Origin: the human T2T-CHM13v2.0 reference genome, Homo sapiens
DNA length: 64,000 bases
Assembly: GCF_009914755.1 (NCBI RefSeq)
Contig: NC_060925.1
Strand: one strand, 5' to 3'
The translations under genes and the position numbers were made by a program. This document shows, piece by piece, positions 1 to 13,905 of this stretch. The stretch's first letter is position 1. Each line of letters opens with the position of its first letter. Under the pieces are notes generated by a model. That model was not told where the DNA came from. It saw nothing but the letters and a program-made list of their open reading frames with translations, and ran no database searches.

Positions 1-148
1 AGTAAGATTAAGCGCTTACTACAGTATCTGGCATGTGATATGCAATCAAAAAATGATTATTGCACTGTTGTTACCATTGCCAACTTCACTGTGAATATAC
101 AACTTTCTTTTTGAAGTATAACTCTTGGGATAATTTTAGCATCATTTT

Positions 149-508
149 TGTTGAGGCTTAGAAAATTACACCTCAAAATGAAGGCCTTACAAGCAGCCTT
201 AGAAGCCAAACTTTCTCTCTGACCTTCTCCTGTCCTCTTGTCTCTGGCCCCTCATTTTCCCCAGAGGGTAGCCATAGAGACTAGAATCCCTCTCCCCTCA
301 AGGCAGGTCATAGAAACTAGAACTTACAGAGTTATTCCTGTATCTTTGAGTCTTCATTCTGAAGGCTCTTATGTCTTGTATCTCTTGTGCCTTTTAAAAC
401 TATGATCAAATATATTTTATGCCTTTTCTTCTATTAATGTCCCTTTTGTCAGTTGATTTCAGCAAACCTTCAGAGAGGCAAAGGGGAAGGTCTTTCTTGG
501 CCCCTATA
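149..508 (+). mobile_element. ERV1 solo LTR, MER34/MER39-like, probably internally deleted
   Basis: Starts tgttgaggcttagaaaattacacctcaaaatgaaggcc and ends ggggaaggtctttcttggcccctata, resembling recalled MER39/MER34 termini; flanks atttt/atttc. Confidence 0.65.
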
Positions 509-979
509 ATTTCATGCCATATTTGACTTTTCTTGGCCTTTTATATTTGACAACAATTTTCTGATTTCTGATTTCCTGATTTACATAATAATCAATTTTA
601 TATATGTATTATGTAAGTATTCCCTACTAACAGTGACTCTCAGGTTCCTAGATGATGTCTGACCTTGGTTTTACTTGTCTTTAAAAAGTGCCACTAAATT
701 CGCTATTGTGACATCTAGTAGCTGTCAGTGATTCTGGAGCAACTATTGGAATCATAGTGTTATTTCTGGTGACATCATTACAATGTAAAACTACAGAATT
801 TCCTCTCAATTTTAATTCTTCATATAGAGGGTTCAAGATTCTTTCTGTAAGTGCAAAATAATCTTAGAAAAAATACATTTCTGAATTGATAGTAACAGGA
901 TTTGCATTTATAATTTTCAAATGAAAGACAATATGCTAAAAGATGAATTTTGTGATCATCTGTAACATGTTTTTTTCAG

Positions 980-1065
980 CTCTGATGAAGCCTTCAGTAA
1001 AGTCAATTTAAATTACCGCACTGAAAATGGGCTGTCTCTACTTCATTTATGTTGCATTTGTGGAG
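980..1065 (+). CDS. TNNI3K: TNNI3K coding exon (probably exon 3), start of ankyrin-repeat region
   Basis: Acceptor ttttttcag|C and donor GGAG|gtgagt; 86 nt, phase 2 to 1; translates [28 protein letters not shown], recognised as TNNI3K. Confidence 0.96.
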
Positions 1066-2191
1066 GTGAGTACTTGAAACTTAGTACTTCTTAAACTGGT
1101 TATATGTGTATATCGTCAGTGACTTGAGCTGCTTAATAGTCTGCAAAAGAATTCTATTCATACTCAATTTTCCCTTCTGCTTTGCCTTTTCCAACCTTGA
1201 TAATCTCAGTTTAGGCAGTAACTATCAGGCAGAATATTCCAATTGATTTAGCTTTAAATATAAGCTTCATTGTGTTGCTACCGGAAACCAAGTCCCTCAG
1301 TTTGCTTGGAAATCAAAAAGCACTTTTCAATATTGGGCATGCCAGTCAGGGATTAACTTAAATTCAGAAGCACTTAAAGATTCCCCAAAATATCATCAAG
1401 CAGTTGCTTCACAGTATTCAACAAGAGTATGTGGAAAAGTGATAAATGCCAAAGATAAGATCTAAAAGTGAAGATTGATCGAAGTGAAGATTAAGAGTTT
1501 AATTTGGCCTACACTTTAGTTTGTTTTGTTTATCAATGTATCTCAAGTAATTTGAATGGTGCCTGGCCTGTAATAGCCACTCAGTAAAGTTATTGAATTA
1601 ATGAATGAACCATTAATATTTATTTTGTTAATCCAAACTAAATTCATTGAGCTTAACTTCTTAAAATGGAACAGAAATGTGTAAGTGTCAACTCTAACCA
1701 TATTCCTTAACCATTTCTCCCAAACAAACCAAACAGACTCTGCTTAACAGATTGTTCTCTCAACTTCAAACGTGCCTTCCCAACCTTGGTTATATCCTTC
1801 ATATTTCTTTGATCTAAATAAGCTCTACTGTTAATAATGTTCAGATAAATCCTCTACAATTAGATTTTTTAATTTAAGCTTTTTCACTAATAGTTTATTA
1901 TGGTGAATTCTCTTATGTGTTTATGTTTCAAAACCATCTGATGATGAGGGTACTAAATAAAAAATCTAAGACAGAGTCAAAATACACAGCATTTGAATAA
2001 AGTTTTATAAATGGAAAAGAAATATCCCCTAGTAAGTAAGGTTGTCAATTAATAGAAAACTTTACAAATGGCCTGCAGAACGCAGCTTGACATTTTTATA
2101 CAGCTGTATGGCATTTATCATTAGGTCAAAAAGAGTCTCAAACTCACCCCATCCCCACAATGATTTAGCCTTTTTTCATTTTTCTCTTTAA

Positions 2192-2347
<156 letters not shown>

Positions 2348-2439
2348 TAGGCTTTTTTTTTTTTTTTTTCAAATTAGTAATCATGGAAAATTTTCAGTGA
2401 CCAGAGGCGTTACATTACTAAAGGACTTCTTTCTCTTTA

Positions 2440-2620
2440 TTGAGCAGATACCTGCTGCATACTAGACACATACTCTTTTTAATGCTTTCTGTATTTAACT
2501 CATTTAATTCTCACAAGAACCCCATGAGTGAATATGATTATTATCCCCAAGGTTACATGGTTAGCCAGGGGTTAGCCAGGATTTAAGACAAGGCAGTCTA
2601 GTTCTGTTGCCAAAGCTCCT
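2440..2620 (-). mobile_element. MIR SINE
   Basis: tattgagc...ctcatttaattctcacaagaacccc...attatccc MIR core in antisense. Confidence 0.7.
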
Positions 2621-4005
2621 CATCAGAACACCGTGATGCCTCTGTGCAGAGAGAGATGAGGTTGTATTTAAAGACAAAAGAAGCACACTGAAGCTGTATT
2701 TCTTTACTGCAAATTTTTCTTAAAAAACCTTTTTGCTTTAGCTGTTTATTTTCTTATATTAGCCCCTGGCTCCAACCTAATCTCAGCACCTGATAGAATA
2801 ATAAATATAATAGTGGATTGGACAAACTGGGATACTTAGTGTTGGAATTGAACCTTGAGATTTTCATAAATATAAATTTATAAAACATACAAATTATATT
2901 ATGCATTGATCATTTTATAATTATAATAATTTCTACTTTGTATTTATTATGAGCTAAATATCATACTAAGTTTAATGTATTTTAGTCATTAAAATAACTG
3001 CATATTAGGATTTACTTTACAGAAAATGCAATTAAAGACTAAAGTAGATACCTGGACAATATTAGAATAGTGATTAAAGTCAAGTACAGTTGGCTCATTA
3101 CTCCCAGAATCTTATTTGTATATTGCGTATTTTGTTCTTTCTCATTTTCAAGCGAGTCTGTGACAGAATTTTATTTCAGTTTTGTGTGTGCACGTGTGGG
3201 AGGAGGGACAACTTTTTGCTTGTATTAGGAACCCCCTGCACTATCTCCCTCCCCCAACTGCTAGAGAGTTTGTCATTGGGAGGGAAGAGGACCTTATTTT
3301 CCCATGATCTAGCATCACAAATTCCTGTAATTCATAGCGCAAATACTCTAAAGTTTCATCTCTTTTCATGCCCAGTCAATGCCTAGTCAATTCTTCTAAT
3401 TCCTTCTGGGAGAAAGCCTCAGTTAAGTGCTAAATTGTCTTTAGTACCTGTTAATTATCCTGCTAAACTATGAAACATTCTGAGTTTCCAGTGTAGAAAA
3501 CAGCATCTGATGTTGACTTTTCTTCTGAAAGGCAGGAGGTGAAAGTAGAAGAGCTCCAAGGAACAGGAAAGTAGTGAATGATAGTCATGGCACTGTATGA
3601 AACCATGAATTCTGAACCTCACCGTCTGGGAGATTTTTTCTGTATTAGTTCATTTTGCAAAGATTTAGCATGACATTGGCACACAAATGGGTTCTGAATC
3701 ATTTAGTCCTACAATATTTAGAGAATATATTTCTTCAACCTCTGTTTATAATAATTAAATTTCCACTTTTAGAGTTTTCTTTGCTCTATTTTTATGTTTT
3801 TTTCTATTTTAGAGAAGGGTGCATAAACTATAACTTTTTCATAGCAAGTTTAAATGAAAATTTAGATTCTTGGGAAACAAAGCAGGCAAAAATATTAAAA
3901 GGCCATAAGAAAATGCATAGTTATTTTGCAAATTTCTTAACAAAAGTGAAAAACAAATTAAAGTTACTATTTCATTTTAAACACAAAAATAATATAAAGT
4001 AGTTG

Positions 4006-5431
4006 TGTGTCCAGAATTGGTGGATTCTTGGTCTCACTCACTTCAAGAATGAAGCCAGGGACCCTCGCGGTGAGTATTACAGTTCTTAAAGGCGGCATGT
4101 CCAGAGTTTGTTCCTTCTGATGTTTGGATGTGTTTGGAGTTTCTTCTTTCTGGTGGGTTCGTGGTCTCGCTGGCTATGGAGTGAAGCTGCAGACCCTCGC
4201 AGTGAGTGTTACAGCTCTTAAGGCGGCACGTCTGGAGTTGTTCATTCCTCCCCGTGGGTTCGTGGTCTCGCTGGCTTCAGGAGTGAAGCTGCAGACCTTC
4301 GCGGTGAGTGTTACAGCTCATAAAGGCAGTGTGGACCCAAAGAGTGAGCAGTAGCAAGATTTATTGCAAAGAGCTGAACAACAAAGCTTCCAAAGTGTGG
4401 AGGGGCACCCGAGTGGGTTGCCACTGCTTGTTCAGGCAGCCTGCTTTTATTCTCTTATCTGGCCCCCACCCACATCCTGCTGACTGGTCCATTTTACAGA
4501 GAGCTGATTGGTCCGTTTTACAGAGAGCTGATTGGTCCATTTTGACAGGGTGCTGATTGGTGCATTTACAATCCCTGAGCTAGACACAAAAGTTCTCCAC
4601 ATCCCCACTAGATTAGCTAGATACAGAGTGCCAATTGGTGCATCCACAAACCCTGAGCTAGACACAGGGTGCTGATGGTGTGTTTACAAACGTTGGGCTA
4701 GATACAGAGTGCTGATTGGCATATTTACAATCCCTCAGCTAGACACAAAGTTTCTCCAAGTCCCCACTAGACTCAGGAGCCCAGCTGGCTTCACCCAGTG
4801 GATCCTGCACAGGGGCCGCAGGTGGAGCTGCCTGCCAGTCCCACGCCATGTGCCTGCACTCCTCAGCCCTTGGGCAGTCAATGGGATGGGGCACTGTGGA
4901 GCAGGGGGCAGCACGCTTTGGGTAAGCTCGGCCATGCAAGAGCCCATGGCAGGGGGTCGGGGGGAAGCTCAGGCATGGAGGGCTGCAGGTCCTGAGCCCT
5001 GCCGCACGGGGAGGCAGCTATGGCCTGCTGAGAAATGGAGCACAGCGCCAGTGGGCCGGCACTGCTGGGGGACCCGGAGCACCCTCCGCAGCTGCTGGCC
5101 CGGGTGCTAATCCCCTCACTGCCCAGAGCCGGCAGGACTGGCCGGCCGCTCGGAGTGCGGGCCCGCCAAGCCCACGCCCACGCCCACCCAGAACTCTAGC
5201 TGGGCCGCAAGCCCCGCCGTGCGGCCCCAGTTCCTGCCCGTGCCTCTCCCTCCACACCTCCCCGCAGGCCGAGGGAGCCAGCTCCAGCCTCGGCCATCCC
5301 AGGAAGGGGCTCCCACAGTGCAGCAGCGGGCTGAAGGGCTCCTCAAGTGCGGCCAGAGTGGGCGCCAAGGCCGAGAAGGCACCAAGAGCGAGCGAGGGCT
5401 GCAAGAGCTGCCAGCACGCTGTCACCTCTTA
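4006..5431 (-). mobile_element. LTR12C-like (ERV9) solo LTR, full length, antisense to TNNI3K
   Basis: Reverse complement runs t(a)agaggtgacagcgtgctggcag ... gaccaagaatccaccaattctggacaca; 4-bp TSD GTTG at 4002-4005 and 5432-5435; tandem CCAAT-containing enhancer repeats. Confidence 0.95.
4440..4760 (-). promoter_or_regulatory. LTR12 U3 promoter/enhancer: CCAAT (NF-Y) repeats, GATA site, TATA-like element
   Basis: Repeated ctgattgg on + (CCAATCAG on -); cttatct (AGATAAG on -) near 4454-4460; ttttatt (AATAAAA on -) near 4445-4451. Confidence 0.75.
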
Positions 5432-5569
5432 GTTGTTCACACTACCAGGCATTAAACCTAGTAACCATTAAATGCATTAAACCTACTTCTAATTATCCCT
5501 TGACAGAACTACTCCAGTAAGTATATAATTCATTTTGGGCTCCAGTTCCCTTCCCCCATATAGTATTAA

Positions 5570-6000
5570 TAACTGTTTAATTTTAATATTATTTCAAACT
5601 TACAAAGACAATTGCAAGAATAGTACAAGAAACTGCTTATCCAGGTTCATTAACTGTTTGCATTTTGTCCCATTTCCATTATTTTTTTTAAGAACCATTT
5701 GACAGTAAATTGTATAAAACATGCCCTGTTGCCACTTCAGTCTTCATTTCCTAAGAACAAGAAAATTCACTTACATAACTCCAATGCAATTATAAAATTA
5801 AAAAGAACATTGAGATGATATTAACATTGATAAGATATGATAATCTATAGTTCAAATTCAAGTTTTATCAATTGTCCCAATTGTGTCATTTATAGATTAT
5901 ATTTTCTTGTCCAGGATAGGATTCAATCCACAATCATGCATTTTCAGTTTTCTTATTTCTGTAATCTCCCTTACTCTGAAAGAATTTCTCACCCGATCCT
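5570..6000 (-). mobile_element. Old L1M (L1MC-like) 3' fragment
   Basis: tttcaaacttacaaagacaattgcaagaatagtacaag resembles antisense old L1 3' UTR; boundaries approximate. Confidence 0.5.
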
Positions 6001-6196
6001 TGTATTTTTTTATCTTAATATTTTTCATGCATACCAGTTATTTATACATATTTCTTTGAATTTTTTTGGTATTGCAATCGAATTTTATTTTGTTCATAAC
6101 ACTCACAAAATGAATAATGTAACTCTCCCATCCTTTTGTTCACTACATCAAATAGCTCTTTCAATTATACACCCTGGCATGCTGGGCCTGACTCAT

Positions 6197-6999
<803 letters not shown>

Positions 7000-7144
7000 T
7001 CATGACTGTATATTTTCTAATCAATAGAGTAATCTCTGCTTTCATTAATAAAAGTGAAGCAGATATTTAGCTATTTAATACCACATGAATGATTAATCCT
7101 CATACATCTTTTTGTTTTAGTTTGTTGAGTTTTTCACAGTGTTT

Positions 7145-7799
7145 AGTTTTATTGAGGTTTAATATATACCAAATACAATTATCAATTTTAAGTCTACAAT
7201 TGTTAGCTTTTGAAAATGTATGTAATCATGTAACCATCATCACAGTCATGTTATAGGACATTTCTACTATACCAAAAAGTTCCCTCATGCCATTTTGCAG
7301 TCAGTCTCCTTCTCACCTGGTCTCTGGAAACAAGTGTTTTCTGTCACTATAGTTTTCTCTTTTCTAGAATTTTAAATAAATTTATTACATCCAGTATGTT
7401 TTCTTTTCTATATGGTTTCTTGCACTTATCATAAGGCTATTGGGATTCACCCATGTTGTATATTCTGTAATTAATGCTTTTCTTGTAGAATTGTATTCCC
7501 TTATATGGATATACCACAATTTACCATTTACCTGCTGATGGACATTTTCCCAGATTTTGACCATTATAAACAAAGCTGTTCTGAACACTCACATACAGGT
7601 ATTTGTTTGAACATATGTTTTTATTTCTCCTGGGAAATACCTAAAAGTGGAATTGCTGAGTCACATAATAAGTATATGCTTAATTTTATGAGAAACTAAC
7701 AAACTTTTTAACAAACTAGCAATTCCTTCCTACATTCCCATCAGCAAGGTATGAGAGCTGTAGTTTTTTCACATCCTTTCCGGCACTTGGTGTGGTCAG

Positions 7800-7830
<31 letters not shown>

Positions 7831-9120
7831 GGCTATTCTATTGGATGAATTTTAGTATTTCATTATAATTTTAATTTGCATTTCCCTGAAGACTAAAGAG
7901 GTTGAATAGGTTTTTATGTGCTTATTAGGCATCCTTTATTTTTTAATGTAGTGTCTGTTAAATCTTTTTGCCATTTGTAATTTTGTTTATTATTTTCTTG
8001 AATTGTGAGGGAACTTTATCTATTCTAATACAATTCTTTTCTTGAATATACTTTTGCAAAAATTTCTCTCAGTGTCTGACTTGCCTTTTCATTTTCATAA
8101 CAGTGTCATTTGAAGAGTAAAAGGTTTTTGCATTATTTTTAAACTTATGACTGTAGTGATTACCATACAGTTATAGATTCTCAACATTTCATAGTCCACT
8201 CCCTGCAAATGTTGATCTACTTCACTTAAAATATAAGAACCTTCCAGTAGTATAGTTTCATTTTATCTTCATTCTTTGTGCCATTGTTGCCATATACATT
8301 GCATCTATACATGATAAGAACCTAAATATATTATTAGAATTTTTGTGTTAAACATTTATATCTTTTAAAGAAATTAATAAGAGAGAAAATATGCTTTTCG
8401 GAAGTTTGATTATAATAATCCTACATATGGTTTTCTGTATTTAAAACTCTTTGAGATTCACAGAGTTTTTATATCTGTAAATTTATGGTTTCATCAAATT
8501 CAGAAATTTTGACCATTAGTTTTTCAAATACATATGTTAGATTGTTTGATAATTTTCCACATATCACTGAGTCTGCTTTTTTTCTTCCTTCTTCTTTCTT
8601 TCTGTTCTCCAAATTAGATTATTTCTACTTATTTGAATTCAAGTTCACAAACCACTTCTCTGCCATCTCCCATCTGATAACAATCCACCAGTGAATTATT
8701 CATTTTGGTTGTTTACTTTTCCGTTCTAGGATTTTTATTTATTAAGATTAATTAAGATATAATTTCAATTTCTCTGCTATGATGACACATCTGTTATTTC
8801 ATTTTTCCATATTTTCCTTCAAGGTTTTGAACCTATTATTTGTGACTACTTTAAATGTCCAATCTGCTGTTTTCAACATCTAGATTAGCTCAGTATTTGT
8901 TTCTATTTCATGTTGACTACAGAGCACATTTTTCTGTTTCTTCATATATCAATTAATTTTTTATTGAAAGCTAGAAATTATGTATTATGTGTTATAGGAA
9001 ATCTTTATCATGTCATCTTCCTTTAAAGAATGTTGAGTTTTTTTTATGTTTGTTTTTCTTTCATTTTTGGCGGGTAGTTACACTTCTGGTGGATACATTT
9101 CAATCAAATCAGTCTTGATT
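7145..9120 (-). mobile_element. Old L1M fragments, antisense
   Basis: Antisense L1 3'UTR/ORF2 motifs such as tacctaaaagtggaattgctgagtc and tacattcccatcagcaaggtatgagag; T29 tract at 7802-7830; boundaries approximate. Confidence 0.7.
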
Positions 9121-9179
9121 TGATTTTTTGTTAGGCTGAAGGTATTTCAGTTTGAACTTAGCCTCTTGGCTTACCTCTT

Positions 9180-9481
9180 TTTTTTTTTTTTTTTTTTTTT
9201 TGAGGCGGAGTCTCGCTCTGTCACCCAGGCTGGAGTGCAGTGGTGCGATCTTGGCTCACTGCAAGCTCCGCCTCCCGGTTCAAGCCATTCTTCTGCCTCA
9301 GCCTCCGGAGTAGCTGGGGCTACAGGCGCCCGCCACCACGCCCGGCTAATTTTTTGTATTTTTAGTAGAGACGGGGTTTCACCATGTTAGCCAGGATGGT
9401 CTCGATCTCCTGACCTTGTGATCCGCCCACCTCGTCCTCCTAAAGTGCTGGGATTACAGGCGTGAGCCACCGTGCCCGGCC
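9180..9481 (-). mobile_element. AluY, full length
   Basis: Poly(T) then antisense Alu with gcaagctccgcc and ttagccaggatggtctcgatctc; ~19-bp TSD gcctct(t/c)ggc(t/a)tacctctt at 9161-9179 and 9482-9500. Confidence 0.92.
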
Positions 9482-10592
9482 GCCTCTCGGCATACCTCTT
9501 ATTCCTAGCATGTGGCTCTCACACCTGAACATGGTGCTTACTCCTAAAGTATGATTTTTTGGCATGTCACCTGAATTCCCAAGTCTCTCAGTAAAGTCTC
9601 TTCATACCAGCTGACAGGAGTTCCAAAATCCCCCCGTACTACATGACCTCCAGTATCACCACCATTCACCTTTTAGCAATAAATCAGGTGATCTTTTCTA
9701 GATCTTCCAGAATCTTTCTCTGTGCTTGTGCAGCCCAGCTCAACAATACATAATGGATCTCCATGCAGATTTCTGCAGTGCCCTCTCTGTGCAGCTTCTT
9801 CTTCTCGGTTACCCTGCTCCACAAATACAGCCCCTTCATAATATCAGAACTCTCATTTACACTCTTAACTCAGTGAGACTTCCTATTATGCTTTGTGGCA
9901 GAAAAGTATTTCAGGCAGAAAACCATGGCAATCATGGGATATTGTGTGACTTGCTTTATATCTTTCTCTTAAAGGACACAGCTGTTTGCTCATGCTCTTC
10001 AGTGCTTGAGAACAGTTATGTCATATATTTTGTTCCATTTTGTAGATTTTATTTGCCAGTAGAGAAAGTCTATATAAGTTGTTCTGTCATGCCCATATCT
10101 ACTTTTGCATTGCTTCCAAAATGATCTGAATGAAACAAAAATCTATGATATCATTGCTCACTTTAACACTTACTATTGTCATCCATTGCCTATATAATGA
10201 CATTCAAACTCCTAAATATGAGACTCAAGATCCCTTAATTTATAACTTTTCTGGAATCACTTTCCATACTCTTTTCCTGTAGTCTCTGCCTGTTCAACCC
10301 TAATGGTTTTCAATGTAATGTGCATGAGGATCATATAGTAACATACGTTTAAAATGAATATTTCCCTTTCTACTTTACTCTCATTTAAATTGGTACATCT
10401 AGGGTATTCTAGGAATCTAAATTTTTAACAAACAACCTAGGAATTTTGATGTAAACAATCTAGGTCTACATATTGTGGATTACTGTTCAAGCGTGGCAAC
10501 TCAAATTATGGTCACATGATCAGTAGCATCCACCCCAACTAAAAGATTTCAGAAATGCTGCTCTCATTTCCTTTCCAGCCCTATTCAACCAG

Positions 10593-11421
<829 letters not shown>

Positions 11422-13689
11422 ACCAGAATGTACATTTTTAAAAAAATCTCAGCTGATGTATTTGTAGATTAAAGTTTGAAGATTGCCATTTTAGATAACT
11501 CCATTTTTTAGGCCAAACAGTTCCACATGTCTTTATTTTTGTTTTTATAATTTCTTCTGCTTAAATATTTTTTAATTTCTTTTCCTGATGCAAAATTATT
11601 ACTTATTTAAAACCAAGATAAACTGAGTTTTATTGAACTCGCAGACAGAAATTATTGCACTCTCTTTTGGGTTTCAGTTATTAAGTTTACATTATCTTTT
11701 ATTGTAGCACTTATAATTATTTATTTATTTGCATATTTCAAATGTTGGTCTGTGAACTTTGGACACTGGGACTAAGTCTTTTTCTTTGATTCCTCAGTAT
11801 ATGTGACCTGTAAAGGATCCTTGAGAAATACTTGTTTGGAAATTAGTGAGTGTCCAAACATTAGAACAATACTTGACATTTGTTGATATTATGTAGCTTA
11901 AGAAAGACTGTCAGCTTAGAAGCTAGAATACTTCTGTTCATATCTCAGTTATGAGACTTGCTAATTATGCATATTTAGGCAAATTGAGTTTTCCTTATGC
12001 TCCTCAATTTTCTAACCTCTAAAATGAAGCAGATAGAATTATCTATTTTATTGTGTAGTTTAGAGTTTTAAGGAAACAAATCATATGCAGTACTTAGCAA
12101 AATACCTAGCATATAGTTAATACTTAATAAAAATTAACCATTATTGTTGTTGAACTCTAACTTTGACAAACATTTATTGGAAACTAACATGTTTTTCATT
12201 TTGCATAGAAAAATTAAAAGAAATGGATTGGATTTTCTGGATTATTACATTCTAAAGAGATGAGAAAAGGTAATCCTAACAATATAAAAGAAATGGCATC
12301 TATACTTAGATCAATGGACTACAAACATCTTTTATCACGTCCTCTATAAAATTAGCACTCCCAAACACATATATGTGTTCATAAATTATATACATTAACA
12401 AAAAAACCCATCAGTTAATAGCTTAAGACAAAATCTACTCTTTGGAAAACAACCAGTGTTAAAGTTTGTAGCTATACATTTATATTTCAAATAGCCTTTT
12501 TGATAATATAAAATATTTTGACAAGTTTATTACAAATATGATTAGATTAGGAAATTGATTTATATGAAGCTCAGATTGGTAGAAAAAAGTACCAGCTTTT
12601 TCTTTGCTGCTTCTTACCTTAGTAATATATATGTTGTGTATTTTCTTCACAGGACTCTTTTAAAGATACCTGCCAATTTCGTCTATTCAGTTGAAGTGTC
12701 TATTCAGTTAAAATTTGATATTAAAATTTATAATCCCACTTACTTTGGCTCACATAAGCTACAGCACATCCCCAATAACTAAAAGCTAAGAAAAAAAAAA
12801 GAGTGAGAGGCAGCTCTCAGTCCTTTCCCATGTAGAATTTTAAGTATATATTATACTTTGGGTACTATATGTGACATATGACTAGCTGATATATGAACTG
12901 AAGCCGCCAGTGTAAATTTACATGTTAAACATGAATGAAACTTCATTTATCTTTATATATAAATGTATATAAGCAGATTTTCTAATTCTTTTTGTACCCT
13001 AATGAATTTTATTACAAGATTCCTGTCACATTTATATCCCTCTATAGGGCATACTTCTTTAGGTGGTATCTAAATTGTATTCCTAAAATGAAACACAAGA
13101 CTTTGGGGAAAAAATTGAGACCTCTGATATAGTTTAGAAGATCTTAATTGAGAAAGCTAATGAACAAAATCCTATTAGACCATCTAATTTAGCCTTACAT
13201 GTAACTCTCATTCAATACACAGACAAGCCACTTAGTGAAATTTCTTTAGTGAGAAAGAAGTAGCATTTTGATTCATTAACTTATTTTTAACATTTCGTAT
13301 GATAAAAGCAGATATTGAATGGTAATGGTCATTTATCCCATCCTATATATTTCTTGCAAGATTTAATTCCTATCATTCAGAAACAACTCATTTTATATAT
13401 GTATTACAAAAGGGAAGGACATGAATGGGGGAAAAATCGAATTAAACCTATGTTGCCTGGCTTACCAGACCTAGGTATTTTTTGCTACGTAACTGTGCCC
13501 ATCAGAAAACTCTGACTTTTCTATCAGTGGCGATTCGTAGCCTGAATCATTGTATTAATATCTTTTATCCTGACTTTTTTTTTCCTCCTTAGCACATATA
13601 TTTGATTGCAAAGTTGAAATTTTCAACTATCCTGAAACTAAAGACCCAAAGTAAGTGTTTCATAGTTTCTAACTGCTGTCGATTTAGAC

Positions 13690-13905
13690 CAAGGTTCAAC
13701 AGCCTTGGCACTACTGACAATTTGGATTGGATAATTCTTTGCTGTGGGAGGCTGTCCTTTGTGTTATAAAAATGTTTAGCAGCATCCCTGTCCTCTGTTC
13801 TCTAGATGAGAGCAGCCACTTCCCTCATGCCCAGTTGTGAGTACCAATAATATCTCCAGATATCACCCCTGAGAGGCAAAAATCACTCCCAGTTGAGAAC
13901 AACTG
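13690..13905 (+). mobile_element. MER20 hAT DNA transposon
   Basis: Typical body (ggcactactgacaatttgg, tttagcagcatccctg) ending cccagttgagaacaactg; 8-bp TSD atttagac/atttagag. Confidence 0.88.

Noticed and set aside
3090-4002. ORFs 3090..3386 and 3655..4002
   Set aside because: Non-ATG starts, AT-rich low-complexity translations, no homology recognised
4490-4760. Spaced repeats superficially like a CRISPR array
   Set aside because: Standard LTR12 enhancer repeats in a eukaryotic intron; no unique spacers or cas genes
4124-5455. Cluster of overlapping ORFs of 65-135 aa on both strands
   Set aside because: All lie in the GC-rich LTR12, where stop codons are scarce; no recognisable protein
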